A stretch of 60,519 nt of DNA, taken from Planctomycetota bacterium (GTDB lineage: Bacteria > Planctomycetota > UBA11346). The position numbers were made by a program, and so were the translations under genes. A model generated the notes under the pieces. It was not told the origin of the DNA. It did not search any database and saw only the letters and a list, made by a program, of their open reading frames with translations. The stretch covers positions 1 through 60,519 of the forward strand of contig JBBROQ010000001.1 in NCBI GenBank assembly GCA_038229115.1, read 5' to 3'. Of the stretch, positions 38,297 to 49,020 are shown one piece after another; the stretch's first letter is position 1; the number at the start of each line of letters is the position of its first letter.

Positions 38297-40534
38297 TCAG
38301 GGCACGACCCGTTCCGCCGGCGCGCTGCGCGTCACCTTGAACGCCAGATGCCGACTGAACGTCGGCGTCGAAACCGCCAACATGCCGCCGGGATGGTTCA
38401 GTTCCCGGCGCTCACGTTCCACACCCGTGTCCGCGTCCCACCACGCGATCGTCATCGCGCCGGCGGCGACATTCGCGCCCAGGGTTAGGTTCACGCCCTC
38501 GCGCAGCCGCGCCGTGCCGCCGCGGCTCCACGCTGCGTCCAACACATAGCCAAGCAGGTGCCCAGGCCGGCTCCACGCCTTTGCCCACAGTCCGGCCGTG
38601 TCGGCGCGTAGATCGATCGCTAACGCCGGAGCATCAGCATGCGTGCGCAGATCCTCGCCGGCCAAGAAGCGCGACAGCGCCGTGTACGGCTGCCAAGCGT
38701 CGTGCTGATCGATCCATTCAAACCACCACAACATCGGCGCGCCGCCGTGGCCGCTGACCAGTGCCGCCCACGGGCCAATGGCGTGCTCGGCGGCCAAACG
38801 TGCTGGCGAGGTGCCGCTCCAGTCGCCGCCGAACTCCGTCACCAACACCGGTTTTTTCAGCCGCGCCAGGCCATCGCGCGCCAGCGTGCTGGCGCGCAGC
38901 AACTCGGCGATGCCCTGATCTTCGCCGTGATAGGCGTCGATGGTGACATAACCGATCTCAGCCAAGCGCGTGACCTCGCCGTTGGTTACTTGATAATTCC
39001 CGGCCCAATGGGTGGTCACCGGATGCTGATAAAGGTCGAGCGCCTGAATCGCCGCGGCGGCTTGCTGATGCCATGGCGCTTCGTTGCCGCCTTCCGTGAG
39101 ATTCACCTCTGATGACAGTTTCCAGCCCAGCACCGCCGGATGATCGGCGATGCGCGCCAGCAGATACCGCCGTTGCCGCTGCTGTCCGGCCAATGCCTCG
39201 GGGTCGTGATAGAAATCCTCGGGCCGGGCCAACGGCCCACCGCGGGCGCGATTCCAAGGATTATGCTCCCACTCCGTATCGGCTCTGAGGCTCGTTTGGC
39301 CGTGGTTCTGTAGCACCACATTCACCCGGATGCCACGCGCCCACGCCGCGTCTAACACCTGATCCAAGCGCCACGCGTTTTCCTGGTTGAAGCGTCCGAT
39401 GCCGCCGTAACCGGGCCAATCGCCGCGCCATTCCATCGCCAAATTCCACGAACTCAGCCACACTTCCACTGCGTTGCCGCCGCTGGCCGCCAAGCGCGCC
39501 AAGTACGCGTCATAAGCGAACGTGATGCGATCCGGGGTCAGCTTGGTGTGAAAGACTTCCTGACCGCGGCGATCCCACACCGAGCGCAGGTTCGGCCCCA
39601 GCGGCCAGTAAAAACTACCGTCGACGCTGAAAAATCGGGAGTCATCGCGATCGACGCGCACATAGCCGTCCCATGCTTGGCCGCTGACGTGCAGCGCCGG
39701 CACGCGCACCGTCAGCGGTTCGCCTTCGTGCCAGCGCGCTAGCAACCGCACCTGATGCACGCCGGGCACGCGCGGGCGATAGCGCACGCGAAACGCCGGC
39801 GGGCCGATCGGCGTCACCACGTCGCGATCGCCGCGATCCGCGCACTGCATCGGCGTGGCGCAGAATCCCGGCACGCGTTCAATCACGCCATCCGGCCGCG
39901 TGATTTCGGCGTCCAGACTGAATTCGCGGTCGTCATAGGGATTCGTGGGAAACGGCACGGGCGTGACGTTGAGCGACCAACGTTCGCCGGTGTTCACCGT
40001 CGACGCGGACCGCGTCAGCGCGGTCAGTTCGCCGCTGATCGCGGGCGGTGTGCGCGCGCCGCTTTCCACCAACAACACCGGCACCGTGATCAGCGCGCGG
40101 CTGTTGCTGGCGCTCCAGAAAAAAATCCCAGCACGGTACAGCTCGGCCGCGTCCGCAGTGGTCAGCGCCGCGCGACCCGGTTCGGCGATCAGGCCCTGAT
40201 CCAACGCCACGTCGATGATGCATTCGCCTGCCTTCAATTGCCCCGGCAACAAAGCCTGAAACCAGCGGCCATGCCGATCGGTGGCGAATACGCCCACGCC
40301 CAAATCCGCCGGCGCATCGCGCGGTACCACGATCCGGGCCCGCAATCGCCGCGCGCCGTCGGCAATTGCCGGCAGCGGATCACGACAGCGCATCACCGTG
40401 GTCAGCGGCGCGGCCAGCTGCACGGTGCGCGCAACCGTTTCGTCGCGTGCTGAAAACAGCGCGCCGACATCCACCGCGGATGCTGGCCCCATCAACAGCA
40501 CCAAAATAAACCAACGCCACATTACCGTCATCAT
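38297..40534 (-). CDS. secreted glycoside-hydrolase-like protein (GH5-type TIM barrel with N-terminal beta domains)
   Basis: Signal-like MMTVMWRWFILVLLMGPASA. WLSSWNLAMEW...GIRVNVVLQNHGQ...EWEHNPWN resembles cellulase-family (GH5/DUF5060-associated) proteins. The family assignment is tentative. Confidence 0.6.
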   Translation of the reverse strand: MMTVMWRWFILVLLMGPASAVDVGALFSARDETVARTVQLAAPLTTVMRCRDPLPAIADGARRLRARIVVPRDAPADLGVGVFATDRHGRWFQALLPGQLKAGECIIDVALDQGLIAEPGRAALTTADAAELYRAGIFFWSASNSRALITVPVLLVESGARTPPAISGELTALTRSASTVNTGERWSLNVTPVPFPTNPYDDREFSLDAEITRPDGVIERVPGFCATPMQCADRGDRDVVTPIGPPAFRVRYRPRVPGVHQVRLLARWHEGEPLTVRVPALHVSGQAWDGYVRVDRDDSRFFSVDGSFYWPLGPNLRSVWDRRGQEVFHTKLTPDRITFAYDAYLARLAASGGNAVEVWLSSWNLAMEWRGDWPGYGGIGRFNQENAWRLDQVLDAAWARGIRVNVVLQNHGQTSLRADTEWEHNPWNRARGGPLARPEDFYHDPEALAGQQRQRRYLLARIADHPAVLGWKLSSEVNLTEGGNEAPWHQQAAAAIQALDLYQHPVTTHWAGNYQVTNGEVTRLAEIGYVTIDAYHGEDQGIAELLRASTLARDGLARLKKPVLVTEFGGDWSGTSPARLAAEHAIGPWAALVSGHGGAPMLWWFEWIDQHDAWQPYTALSRFLAGEDLRTHADAPALAIDLRADTAGLWAKAWSRPGHLLGYVLDAAWSRGGTARLREGVNLTLGANVAAGAMTIAWWDADTGVERERRELNHPGGMLAVSTPTFSRHLAFKVTRSAPAERVVP

Positions 40535-40646
40535 ACGTCGACAGCCTGTGCGCCGCTGACCGCTGCATCGGGCGCAGTGCGGCGATCGACCAACCACTCA
40601 GTCACTTCCTGATTGCGGGCGAAGGTCACGCCGCACGGTAGCGCGC

Positions 40647-41579
40647 ATGCGTGATCGCGCGGCTGTTTCGATTCTTGGATCCACCTTGTCCGCCCCTAAA
40701 GCGCTGCCTGCGGCCGAGTTTTTGCGCGCGGCGGTGCCGATCGCCGATGCGGCGTTGGAACACTGGCTGCCCGCCGCCGACGCGTGGCCGGCGCGATTAC
40801 ACGCGGCGATGCGTTACAGCGTGTTCGCCGGCGGCAAACGCCTGCGCCCGGCGCTGGTATTGGCGGCGTGCCGCGCGGCCTGTGGAGCCGACATTCTGTG
40901 CGCGCCGGCAATGGCCGCGGTCGAGCTACTGCACACCTACACCTTGATCCACGACGACCTGCCAGCGATGGACGACGACGATCTGCGCCGGGGCGTGCCG
41001 ACCTGCCACAAGGCTTTCGAGGAAGCCACCGCGATCCTCGCCGGCGACGCCTTGCAGACGCTCGCCTTCGAAGCCGTCGCGGCGATCAATGCCGACGCGG
41101 TGCAGGTGCTGGCGCGCGCCGCCGGCAGTCGCGGCGTGGTCGGCGGACAGCAGGACGACATCGACGCCGAGGGCCAGCCGCTGGACACCGGCGCGGCCGG
41201 ACGCGCGCTGCTGGAACGGATTCATCGCGCGAAGACCGCAGCGCTGATCCGCGCGTCGTGCGAACTTGGTGCGATCGCGGCGGGCGCTGGGCCGGACACC
41301 CGCGCTGCCTTGGCGACTTTTGGCGAAGCCGCCGGCCTCGCGTTCCAGATCGCCGACGACGTGTTGGACGCCACCGCCGACGTCGCGCGCTTGGGCAAAA
41401 CGCCGGGCAAAGACGCGACGCAGGGCAAGCTGACCTATGTCGCGGTCTACGGCCTGGACGCCGCCCGCGCCGAAGCCACGCGCCGCGAACAGGAAGCGCT
41501 GGCCGCGCTCGCCAACCTGGGCCCGGCCGGCGAGCAACTGCGCGTGCTGGCGCGCTTCATCGTTGAGCGTGATCACTGA
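40647..41579 (+). CDS. polyprenyl (farnesyl/geranylgeranyl) diphosphate synthase
   Basis: First Asp-rich motif LIHDDLPAMDDDDLRRG and second motif FQIADDVLD. IspA/CrtE-like. Confidence 0.9.
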   Translation: MRDRAAVSILGSTLSAPKALPAAEFLRAAVPIADAALEHWLPAADAWPARLHAAMRYSVFAGGKRLRPALVLAACRAACGADILCAPAMAAVELLHTYTLIHDDLPAMDDDDLRRGVPTCHKAFEEATAILAGDALQTLAFEAVAAINADAVQVLARAAGSRGVVGGQQDDIDAEGQPLDTGAAGRALLERIHRAKTAALIRASCELGAIAAGAGPDTRAALATFGEAAGLAFQIADDVLDATADVARLGKTPGKDATQGKLTYVAVYGLDAARAEATRREQEALAALANLGPAGEQLRVLARFIVERDH

Positions 41580-42538
41580 TGCGCTGCCTGCCAGACCTTG
41601 CTCTCGCTCACCGAAACACTGCATTTTTTCAGCGTTTTTCGTTCATATCGGTAATCGCGCTGCTGCTGTCGGTGCTGCACGCCGCTGACGTTCAACCGCC
41701 GGCTGATGCTGCTGCGCACGCGGCCGACGGCTATCGCTTCACCGTCGGTAAGCCGCTGACCTACGCCTACGAAGTGCGCCAGGACGTCGGTTGGGAAAGC
41801 GCCGGCGATAAGCTCGCCTTCACCAGCACGCTGCTGTGGAAATTGTTGTTGGTGCCGCAGACGGTCACCCCCGAGCGCGTTACGTTGGCGATCACCGTCC
41901 TGCGCGTGAAAGCCAGCCAGCGCGGCCCCGGCGTTGAACTGGCCGCCGACAGCGCCGAGGTCGCAACCGCTGCCAGCGCCAGCAACGCCGACCCCCTGCT
42001 CGGTCCATTGCTGGCCGCCGAAGGCGTGACCCTGACGCTCGACCTCGACCCGCGCTCCGGCGTGGTCAGCGCGGTCAGCGGCGGCGAACAGTTGGTCGCT
42101 GCGATCGACAAACAAAATCCCAGCCGCTTCGCCGGCGACCCGCCGCCGCTACACGCCGGCGCGGTCGCCGCGTATTCGTCTGCCGCCCTCGCACGACTGT
42201 GGAGCGGCATTCTGGCCTTGCCCGCCGCCGGCACCCAGGCGCTCGCCATGGGCCCGCCGCTCGACGCCACCGTCGAGCGCACCTGGACCGGCAGCACCTA
42301 CACCCTCGCCTTGCCCACGAATGCGAAGCCCGCGACCGGCACCCTCGCCAATGATCCGACGCCGGTCAGCGCGACGCTGAAATCCCTCGCCGGCAGCGGC
42401 GCGCTGACCCTGGTCGACGGCCTGCCGACGCTGGTGCGCGGCGAGCTGACCTACGACCTGTCGCTGTCGGCGCTGACGCAGCCGGTGACGCAGCATCATA
42501 AATTAAATTGGCAGCTGACGGCGCTGATTGGCGAATGA
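41579..42538 (+). CDS. hypothetical secreted protein
   Basis: 319 aa with an N-terminal hydrophobic signal-like segment. I recognise no family. The last ~15 codons are AT-rich, unlike the rest of the gene. Confidence 0.6.
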   Translation: MRCLPDLALAHRNTAFFQRFSFISVIALLLSVLHAADVQPPADAAAHAADGYRFTVGKPLTYAYEVRQDVGWESAGDKLAFTSTLLWKLLLVPQTVTPERVTLAITVLRVKASQRGPGVELAADSAEVATAASASNADPLLGPLLAAEGVTLTLDLDPRSGVVSAVSGGEQLVAAIDKQNPSRFAGDPPPLHAGAVAAYSSAALARLWSGILALPAAGTQALAMGPPLDATVERTWTGSTYTLALPTNAKPATGTLANDPTPVSATLKSLAGSGALTLVDGLPTLVRGELTYDLSLSALTQPVTQHHKLNWQLTALIGE

Positions 42539-42586
42539 CTAAACGAGTTGTTTTGATCCGGTGAAATACCCCTCAGGAGAATTGGC

Positions 42587-42898
42587 GTGAGTAACAAAAG
42601 CGAAACAAAACCACTTTTCGGCAAAAGCTTAAATGAGTGGGTTTTCGCCGGTATATTCCTCTTTGCCGGGCTTGCCCTAAGCAATGTTCCTTTTCTATTT
42701 TCAGTTAATTGGAGGTTCGCCGCCACTGTATTTGTCTTCGCGTTTCTCGTGATTTTGCAGGCTAGGTTTCTAGCGTTTTCCCTGAAAAGTATGTGGATTT
42801 ACCCTAAAAATAAGTCTGGATACGTTTTGGTCCTGCTGATTTTGATAACGTTCTTATTTTCCTGCAATTCGCTCATCGCCGAATTCGCGCGCCAATAG
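42587..42898 (+). CDS. hypothetical small membrane protein in an AT-rich mini-insert
   Basis: 103 aa with a GTG start preceded by aggag, and 3 TM helices. Composition is sharply different from the neighbours. Confidence 0.55.
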   Translation: MSNKSETKPLFGKSLNEWVFAGIFLFAGLALSNVPFLFSVNWRFAATVFVFAFLVILQARFLAFSLKSMWIYPKNKSGYVLVLLILITFLFSCNSLIAEFARQ

Positions 42899-42982
42899 CA
42901 GATTTATTGGAATTCGCTGGGTTTTTACAGTAAATTGAAAATGGTTTATGCGCACAACTGGGTCAAGGTGCAGTTATTTTTA

Positions 42983-43615
42983 TCACCCCACCACCGCTCC
43001 ATACCACGCCGCCGCAATCAACCCGTGTCCAGCGGTGCCCGGATGGCAGCCGTCGGGTGTCCATGGGATCTGCGGATTGGTGGCGCGGGCCAACAGCAGC
43101 GGCCGACGGGCGTCGACCCAGGTCGCGCCGATTTCGGCGGCGAACATTTTCAGCCAGTCGGCGTACTCGCCGGTCATGCGGTTGGCCCAATGGTGGTCGT
43201 CGCGGTGGATGGTGGTGGGACTGACCAGCACCAGTTCGCGCACGCCGCCTGCGCGGGCTTGGGCGCACAGCGCGCGCACGTTGCGCTCATACGCGGGCAG
43301 GTCGACGTGGGTCTGGCCGTTCCATGACGCCATCTTCCGCCAGATGTCGTTCACGCCGACCATGATCGACAAAACATCCGGGCGCAGGTCGAGCGCATCG
43401 TACCGCCAGCGCGCCAGCAGCTCGACCGTGCGGTCGCCGCTGACGCCGCGGTTGATGATGGTGGTGCGCAAATCCGGCCGGCGCGCGGCCAGCATGCCGG
43501 CGACTACCGCGACATAACCGTAACCCAGGCCGCCGCTGGCCGTGTCGTTGCGGCCGCAATCGGTGATGCTGTCGCCTTGAAACAGGATGCGGTCGCCGGG
43601 ACGTAGAATGCTCAT
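42983..43615 (-). CDS. SGNH/GDSL-family hydrolase
   Basis: Block I ILFQGDSITDCGR, block III (GVND) and a C-terminal D..H (PDGCHPG). Confidence 0.85.
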   Translation of the reverse strand: MSILRPGDRILFQGDSITDCGRNDTASGGLGYGYVAVVAGMLAARRPDLRTTIINRGVSGDRTVELLARWRYDALDLRPDVLSIMVGVNDIWRKMASWNGQTHVDLPAYERNVRALCAQARAGGVRELVLVSPTTIHRDDHHWANRMTGEYADWLKMFAAEIGATWVDARRPLLLARATNPQIPWTPDGCHPGTAGHGLIAAAWYGAVVG

Positions 43616-43755
43616 CGGAAACTCCTTAAGGCGGGCACGCTATCGGCGTCGGTTCGGCAACAACTCCAGCCGGACTTGAGGGCGTGGACTTTCGGGAGTA
43701 GCCTCTGTCCAGGACTCGTCGCTGATCGGTCCGGACTTCGTCCTCAGGAGCACGC

Positions 43756-45291
43756 ATGTTTTTCGCACAGCCAAAGACGGTGGTCGGACTCGATGTCGGC
43801 AGTTACGCGGTGAAAGCCGTCGCGCTGCAAGGCAATAAAGACCGGGTCACGCTACAAGGCTACGCGCAGGCGCGCGTGGATGGCGGCGACGTGGGCGACA
43901 CCATCCGCCGGGTGATGGAGCAATTGGGCGTCAAAGGTCGCCGCGTGGTTAGCAGCGTGTCGGGTCGGTCGGTGATCGTGCGCCAGGTCGAAACGCCGAA
44001 ATTGGCGCCGGACGAACTCAAAGCGCACATTTCCTACGAGGCCGACAAGTACATCCCGTTCGGCACCGAAGAGGTGATCATCGACGCGCAACCACTGCCG
44101 GATCGCGCCGGCGCAAAGGCCAGCAATCAGCAGGTGATGCTGGTCGCAGTACGCAAAAGTTTTGTGCAGGAACACATCGCGCAGTTGCGTGCCGCCGGCG
44201 CGATGCCGCAGGTGATCGACGTCGACGTGTTCGCACTCGCGAATGCCTATGAGCTATTGGGTCCGCCCGCGCCGACCAACGAAGCTGAGGCAAAAAAAGC
44301 CACCGCGCTAATCGATATCGGCGCCAGCAAATCCAATATCGCGATCGTGCAGGGCTCACGCGTGTTGTTCACGCGCGAAGTCTATCTGGCCGGCAACGAG
44401 ATCAGCGACGCCGTCGCGCGCACTTTCAACGAACCGGTTGAGGACATCGACCGCATCAAACTGGCACCCGGCGAAGCGCTGGACGCTTTGATCGACGCGG
44501 CGATGCCGGCGTTCGAGGATCTGGCCAACGAGATCCGCTTAAGTTTCGACTATGTCGAAGGGCAGTTCGACGCCGAAGTCGGCACCGTGGTGCTGACCGG
44601 CGGATCCAGCCAACTGCCGAACGCGGCCAGTATCCTCGGCAATATTTTGGGCCGGCCGGTGCATGTGTTCGATCCGCTGGCTGGGCTCGATCTGGTGCCC
44701 AGCCGCTATGACATCCACACCTTGGACGCCAACAGCCCGGGGCTGACGGTCGCGTTGGGGTTGGCCGCGCACTTGCTCAATCACGGCAGCGTCGGTTTGG
44801 GCGGACAGCAAAGCCACAATTGGCAACCGCGTCACGCCGGCGCCGGAGCCGCAGCGCGTCCAGTGCCCGCCGCCGGCCCCGAAGTTCCGGCCGCGCCAGC
44901 GACCACGGTGCTGCGCCAACATTCGCCGGTGATGCCGTCGCCCACGATCACGGCACCGCCGCCGACGCTGCCGCCACCGCCGCTTTCCCATCATATGGCG
45001 CCGCTGATGGCGCCGCCGTCTGCGCCTGCCGTGGTGACGCCCATGCAGGAAATCCGCGACGAACCGGGCACCGCCACCATCCGCAACACCACCGAAATGT
45101 ATCTGAACGATAAGCAGCGCAGCGGACTGTTGGTCGTCCTTGACGACGATGACGAAGACATGCCGAAGAGCGAACGCATCGAACGCAGCAGCAAAACCAA
45201 CGCGCGCACGCGCAGCGGCGAACTCAAAGTCGAAGGCTTCGGCGATGACAATCCGTCCGGCGTAGATCTGCCGGACCTGCCAAAGCTTTAA
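43756..45291 (+). CDS. pilM: type IV pilus assembly ATPase-like protein PilM with a long Pro-rich C-terminal extension
   Basis: N-terminal ~340 aa: VVGLDVGSYAVKAVAL...ISYEADKYIPF...IDIGASKSNI...LTGGSSQL (actin-like fold). The C-terminal ~170 aa are Pro/Ala-rich and then acidic. Confidence 0.8.
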   Translation: MFFAQPKTVVGLDVGSYAVKAVALQGNKDRVTLQGYAQARVDGGDVGDTIRRVMEQLGVKGRRVVSSVSGRSVIVRQVETPKLAPDELKAHISYEADKYIPFGTEEVIIDAQPLPDRAGAKASNQQVMLVAVRKSFVQEHIAQLRAAGAMPQVIDVDVFALANAYELLGPPAPTNEAEAKKATALIDIGASKSNIAIVQGSRVLFTREVYLAGNEISDAVARTFNEPVEDIDRIKLAPGEALDALIDAAMPAFEDLANEIRLSFDYVEGQFDAEVGTVVLTGGSSQLPNAASILGNILGRPVHVFDPLAGLDLVPSRYDIHTLDANSPGLTVALGLAAHLLNHGSVGLGGQQSHNWQPRHAGAGAAARPVPAAGPEVPAAPATTVLRQHSPVMPSPTITAPPPTLPPPPLSHHMAPLMAPPSAPAVVTPMQEIRDEPGTATIRNTTEMYLNDKQRSGLLVVLDDDDEDMPKSERIERSSKTNARTRSGELKVEGFGDDNPSGVDLPDLPKL

Positions 45292-45298
45292 CGCAAAA

Positions 45299-45832
45299 CT
45301 AATTCAGGCTTGGCTGCGGCATGCCGCCCGGCCGGTCGGTGCTCAGGCGGTGCCAGAGATCCGTAATCGAGGCCGGGTCGACCAACCACGCATGTTGGCC
45401 GGGACGCACCAGCCACGAGCCAGCGCGGATCTCGCGCTCCAATTGGCCGGCGCCCCAACCGCTGTGGCCCAAAAATAAACGCGGACCACCGCGGTCTGGA
45501 CCGTTGGCGAAGCGTTCGGCTAGCGCTTCCAGATCGCCGCCGATGGCCACGCCAGGGCTCATCGGTTGGCAGCCGGGCAGGTCAGGGCAGGCGTGCAGCA
45601 GCAGGCCTTTTTGCCGTTCGACCGGGCCGCCATCGGCAGCCGTACGAGCGTGGGCGAGACCTTCGGGCACCTCGCTCCACAATTCGCCCAAAATGGTATT
45701 GAGCGGTCGATTGACGATGAAACCGAGCGCGCCATCGCCGCTGTGCTCGACCAGATAGACCACGCTGCGCATGAAGTTTGGATCGCCCAACGCGGGGGTC
45801 GCCACCAGCACGGTTCCGGCGGCCGGCGTCAT
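45299..45832 (-). CDS. YqgE/AlgH-family (UPF0301) protein
   Basis: GTVLVATPALGDPNFMRSVVYLVEHSGDGALGFIVNRPL is the family signature. The ATG at 45832 lies 4 nt after the lpxC/fabZ stop. Confidence 0.85.
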   Translation of the reverse strand: MTPAAGTVLVATPALGDPNFMRSVVYLVEHSGDGALGFIVNRPLNTILGELWSEVPEGLAHARTAADGGPVERQKGLLLHACPDLPGCQPMSPGVAIGGDLEALAERFANGPDRGGPRLFLGHSGWGAGQLEREIRAGSWLVRPGQHAWLVDPASITDLWHRLSTDRPGGMPQPSLN

Positions 45833-45836
45833 GGGC

Positions 45837-47162
45837 TTAGTCCGCCGCGGCGGCGACGGGTTGAGCCTGATCGACCAGCACCGAACGGATCTCGGCCTCG
45901 CAGCACAACTGCCCATCGACCGTGATGCGGCCCATGCACGCGCTCATTTTCGGGCGCAGGCGCAGCACTTCGATCTCGATGCGCAGGACGTCGCCGGGGT
46001 ACACCGGGCGACGGAACTTCACCCGGTCCATACTCATGAAGTATGGGATTTTTCCGGCGTTGTCCGGTTGCAGCAGCAACAGGATCGCGCCGGTCTGGGC
46101 GATCGCTTCGATCTGCAACACGCCCGGTGATGCCGGGCGGCCGGGGAAATGGCCCTGGAAAAATGGCTCATTCGCGGTCACGCATTTTTGACCGATGATG
46201 AATTTACTGAGGTCGTAATCGATGATGCGGTCGACCAACAGGAACGGATAGCGATGCGGCAGCAGTTGCTGAATGCGCGTGACATCGAACAGAAACTTGG
46301 GTTTTTCCGCGAGTTCGATGCGGCGGTTCAGTTCCTGCACCAGCAGCATGTTTTCGCGATGCCCGGAACGCACCGCGATGATGTGCGCATTCAGGCGGCG
46401 GCTGGCGTGGGCAAGGTCACCGATCAGATCCAGGATCTTATGCCGCGCGGCTTCGTCGGCGAAGCGCAGTTCGTTGTCGATCACGCGCGTGCCGTCGTAG
46501 ACGCAGGTGTTTTGCGTAGTCGCGCCCTTGCCCAGGCCCAACGCGCGCAGCTGCTCGACTTCCTTTGCCAAGCAAAAAGTGCGCGCCGGCGCGATTTGCT
46601 GCGCAAAACTGTCGGCGTTGAGTTCGACCTCGACCACCTGCGCACCGCCGATGGCGCCGCCGTGATCGTCCAGGGTGTAGGTGATCTTCAGGCCGTTGGC
46701 ATACGGCAGCGCGACGATCGAACTTTTGCCGACCGTCACCGCGACCGGTTCGGTGACGTCGAACATGCGGCGTAAAACCGGCTGTTCGACGATCCCGGCG
46801 GCGGTCAGGCAGGTGACGAAATCCTTGGCCGAGCCGTCAAGCCCAGGCAGCTCGACCGCGTCCAGTTCGATGCGCAGATTGTCCAGGCCCAGGCCCTGCG
46901 CCGCGGCCAAGAAATGTTCGGTGGTGTGGACCTCGACCTCGCGCTCGTCGATGGTCGCGGCCAACGCGGTGCGGCGCATGCGCTGGCACAGGCGGCTGGG
47001 GTGCGCGGCGATCGCGGGCCGGCCGGGCAGGTCGGTGCGCACGAACACCATGCCGGTGTCCGGCCCGGCCGGCAGGAACGTGACGGTGCACGCTTCGCCC
47101 GAATGCAGGCCAATGCCGCTAACGGTGGCCGGCGCGGCGATGGTGCGCTGATGGGTGCTCAC
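45837..47162 (-). CDS. bifunctional UDP-3-O-acyl-GlcNAc deacetylase / (3R)-hydroxyacyl-ACP dehydratase (LpxC-FabZ fusion)
   Basis: The N-terminal LpxC domain ([11 protein letters not shown]..., HTTEHFLAA) is fused to a C-terminal FabZ hot-dog domain ([15 protein letters not shown]...[10 protein letters not shown]). Confidence 0.92.
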   Translation of the reverse strand: MSTHQRTIAAPATVSGIGLHSGEACTVTFLPAGPDTGMVFVRTDLPGRPAIAAHPSRLCQRMRRTALAATIDEREVEVHTTEHFLAAAQGLGLDNLRIELDAVELPGLDGSAKDFVTCLTAAGIVEQPVLRRMFDVTEPVAVTVGKSSIVALPYANGLKITYTLDDHGGAIGGAQVVEVELNADSFAQQIAPARTFCLAKEVEQLRALGLGKGATTQNTCVYDGTRVIDNELRFADEAARHKILDLIGDLAHASRRLNAHIIAVRSGHRENMLLVQELNRRIELAEKPKFLFDVTRIQQLLPHRYPFLLVDRIIDYDLSKFIIGQKCVTANEPFFQGHFPGRPASPGVLQIEAIAQTGAILLLLQPDNAGKIPYFMSMDRVKFRRPVYPGDVLRIEIEVLRLRPKMSACMGRITVDGQLCCEAEIRSVLVDQAQPVAAAAD

Positions 47163-48244
47163 GCGCCGGCCGGCCTGGCGGCAGACTTTTCAGCCTGCTT
47201 TTCTGCTAAAAGCGCGTCGAGCTTGCGCTCCAGCTCGGCCACCCGCGCGCGCAGTTCTTTGACCGTCGCCTGGGTTTCCGGCAGACGCCGTACCGCGATT
47301 TCGTTCCGCTGCGCAGTCTTGAACTCCATCGCGGGGCTACCGCGCACGACCGCACGCGCGCCGAAGTCCTTACTGACGCCGGCCTGGCCAGTGATCACCA
47401 CCTGATCACCGATGGTCAGATGGCCACTGATGCCGCACTGACCGGCAAGGGTCACGAATTTTCCGAGCTTCGTCGAGCCAGCGATGCCGGCCTGCGCAGC
47501 GATCAGGCCACCGGCACCGACCTCGACGTTGTGCGCGATCTGCACCAAATTGTCGAGCTTAGCGCCGCGACCGATGCGGGTGGCCGCGAGCCGTGCGCGG
47601 TCGATGGCGGTGTTGGCACCGATCTCGACGTCGTCCTCGATCACCACCGTGCCGACCTGCGGGATCTTGTGATGCACGCCTTCGACCGTCGCGTAACCGA
47701 AGCCGTCCGAGCCAATCACCGCGCCCGGTTGCAGGATCACGCGATGCCCCAACACGCAGCGCTCGCGCACCGTGACGTGCGGATACAGCACGTTGTCATC
47801 GCCAAGGGTCGCTTCCGCGCCGATCACCACCTGCGGATACAGCACCGTGCGCGCGCCGATCACCGCGCCGTCACCGATCACGACGAACGGGCCAATCGCG
47901 ACGTCGGCGCCAAACTGCACGCGTTCGCCGATCACGGCGCTGGGATGGATGCCCGCCGGCGGCGGCACCGGCTGCGGCCCGTATACGGACATCAACATAG
48001 CGAAGGCGAAGTCAGCGCTTTTGACCACGATCTGCGTGACCAGCGCATCCGTCTGCGCCGCGTTTACCAACACCGCGGTCGCCTTCGTGCTGACCAACAG
48101 CGGCGCGTATTTTGGATTAGCGAGAAAGCTGATGTCGCCGGCGTTGGCTTCGGACAGCCCAGCGAAACCAGTCACGCTTTGGGCAGCGTCACCAACCACC
48201 GTGCCGCCAATGCGCGCAGCAAGCTCTGCGACCGTCGCCTTCAT
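47159..48244 (-). CDS. lpxD: UDP-3-O-acylglucosamine N-acyltransferase
   Basis: Left-handed beta-helix hexapeptide repeats throughout, an LpxD-type N-terminal domain and a C-terminal helix. Confidence 0.9.
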   Translation of the reverse strand: MKATVAELAARIGGTVVGDAAQSVTGFAGLSEANAGDISFLANPKYAPLLVSTKATAVLVNAAQTDALVTQIVVKSADFAFAMLMSVYGPQPVPPPAGIHPSAVIGERVQFGADVAIGPFVVIGDGAVIGARTVLYPQVVIGAEATLGDDNVLYPHVTVRERCVLGHRVILQPGAVIGSDGFGYATVEGVHHKIPQVGTVVIEDDVEIGANTAIDRARLAATRIGRGAKLDNLVQIAHNVEVGAGGLIAAQAGIAGSTKLGKFVTLAGQCGISGHLTIGDQVVITGQAGVSKDFGARAVVRGSPAMEFKTAQRNEIAVRRLPETQATVKELRARVAELERKLDALLAEKQAEKSAARPAGA

Positions 48245-48909
48245 TTTTTCGTGCCCGCGTCCGCAGGTGCAGGAGCGACCGCAGCCGGCGGCACTGCTTT
48301 CGCATCTTCAGCGGCCAGCGATTCCGGGGTCAGGTTCTTGTCGAGGTAGGCCAGGAACGCGTCGGTGATGTCGGTCGAGGGATCGAAATACAGCACGGTT
48401 TGGAAGCCGAGCTGCACCTGGATTTCGGTCGCGCTGGGCGCGCCCAGGTCGGGATTCGGCGCCAGATGGACGATCATGATGCCGCGCTCTTTGCAGAACG
48501 CGGCCAGTTTTTCGCGCATGCCGGCGAACACCTGCCGGATCAGTACCACCCGGGTGTGATCGATGTCGGCGGTGACCCGATCGATGAACAATTTGCGCTT
48601 CAGTTTCAGCGTTTCGAAAGCTTCGTTGGCTTCAGAGAACTTGGGCGAGCCCTGCTTCAGCACCTGCATCTGGCCTTCCAGTTTCTGCAGGTCTTCATCC
48701 ATCGCCTTGACCTGCGCGTTGGCCTCGGCGCCGGACTTTTTCACCTTGTCCATGCCGATGGTGAAAACCTTGGCCGAGCCCATCAGGTCTTCCAGGCGCA
48801 GTACCGCGATCTTCGGCGCGGCGGCGTCACCGGCCTGGGCCGCGGGCGCGCACCACAACGAGACGACAACAAAAAGCGAAGCGAAGACTGCGAATGGGGC
48901 GGCGCGCAT
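48241..48909 (-). CDS. OmpH/Skp-family periplasmic chaperone
   Basis: Signal peptide, a Lys/Glu-rich coiled-coil core, and the canonical position upstream of lpxD. Confidence 0.8.
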   Translation of the reverse strand: MRAAPFAVFASLFVVVSLWCAPAAQAGDAAAPKIAVLRLEDLMGSAKVFTIGMDKVKKSGAEANAQVKAMDEDLQKLEGQMQVLKQGSPKFSEANEAFETLKLKRKLFIDRVTADIDHTRVVLIRQVFAGMREKLAAFCKERGIMIVHLAPNPDLGAPSATEIQVQLGFQTVLYFDPSTDITDAFLAYLDKNLTPESLAAEDAKAVPPAAVAPAPADAGTKK

Positions 48910-49020
48910 GCGGTTTCCTAGCGAGGGGCGGCGTGGGGCGCGCAGGCTAGAGCGCAGGCCGCACAGGGCAACTCGGCATGGTGATGGTGCGCGGTGGGAA
49001 AGTCTGCCGGAGATCTGCGG

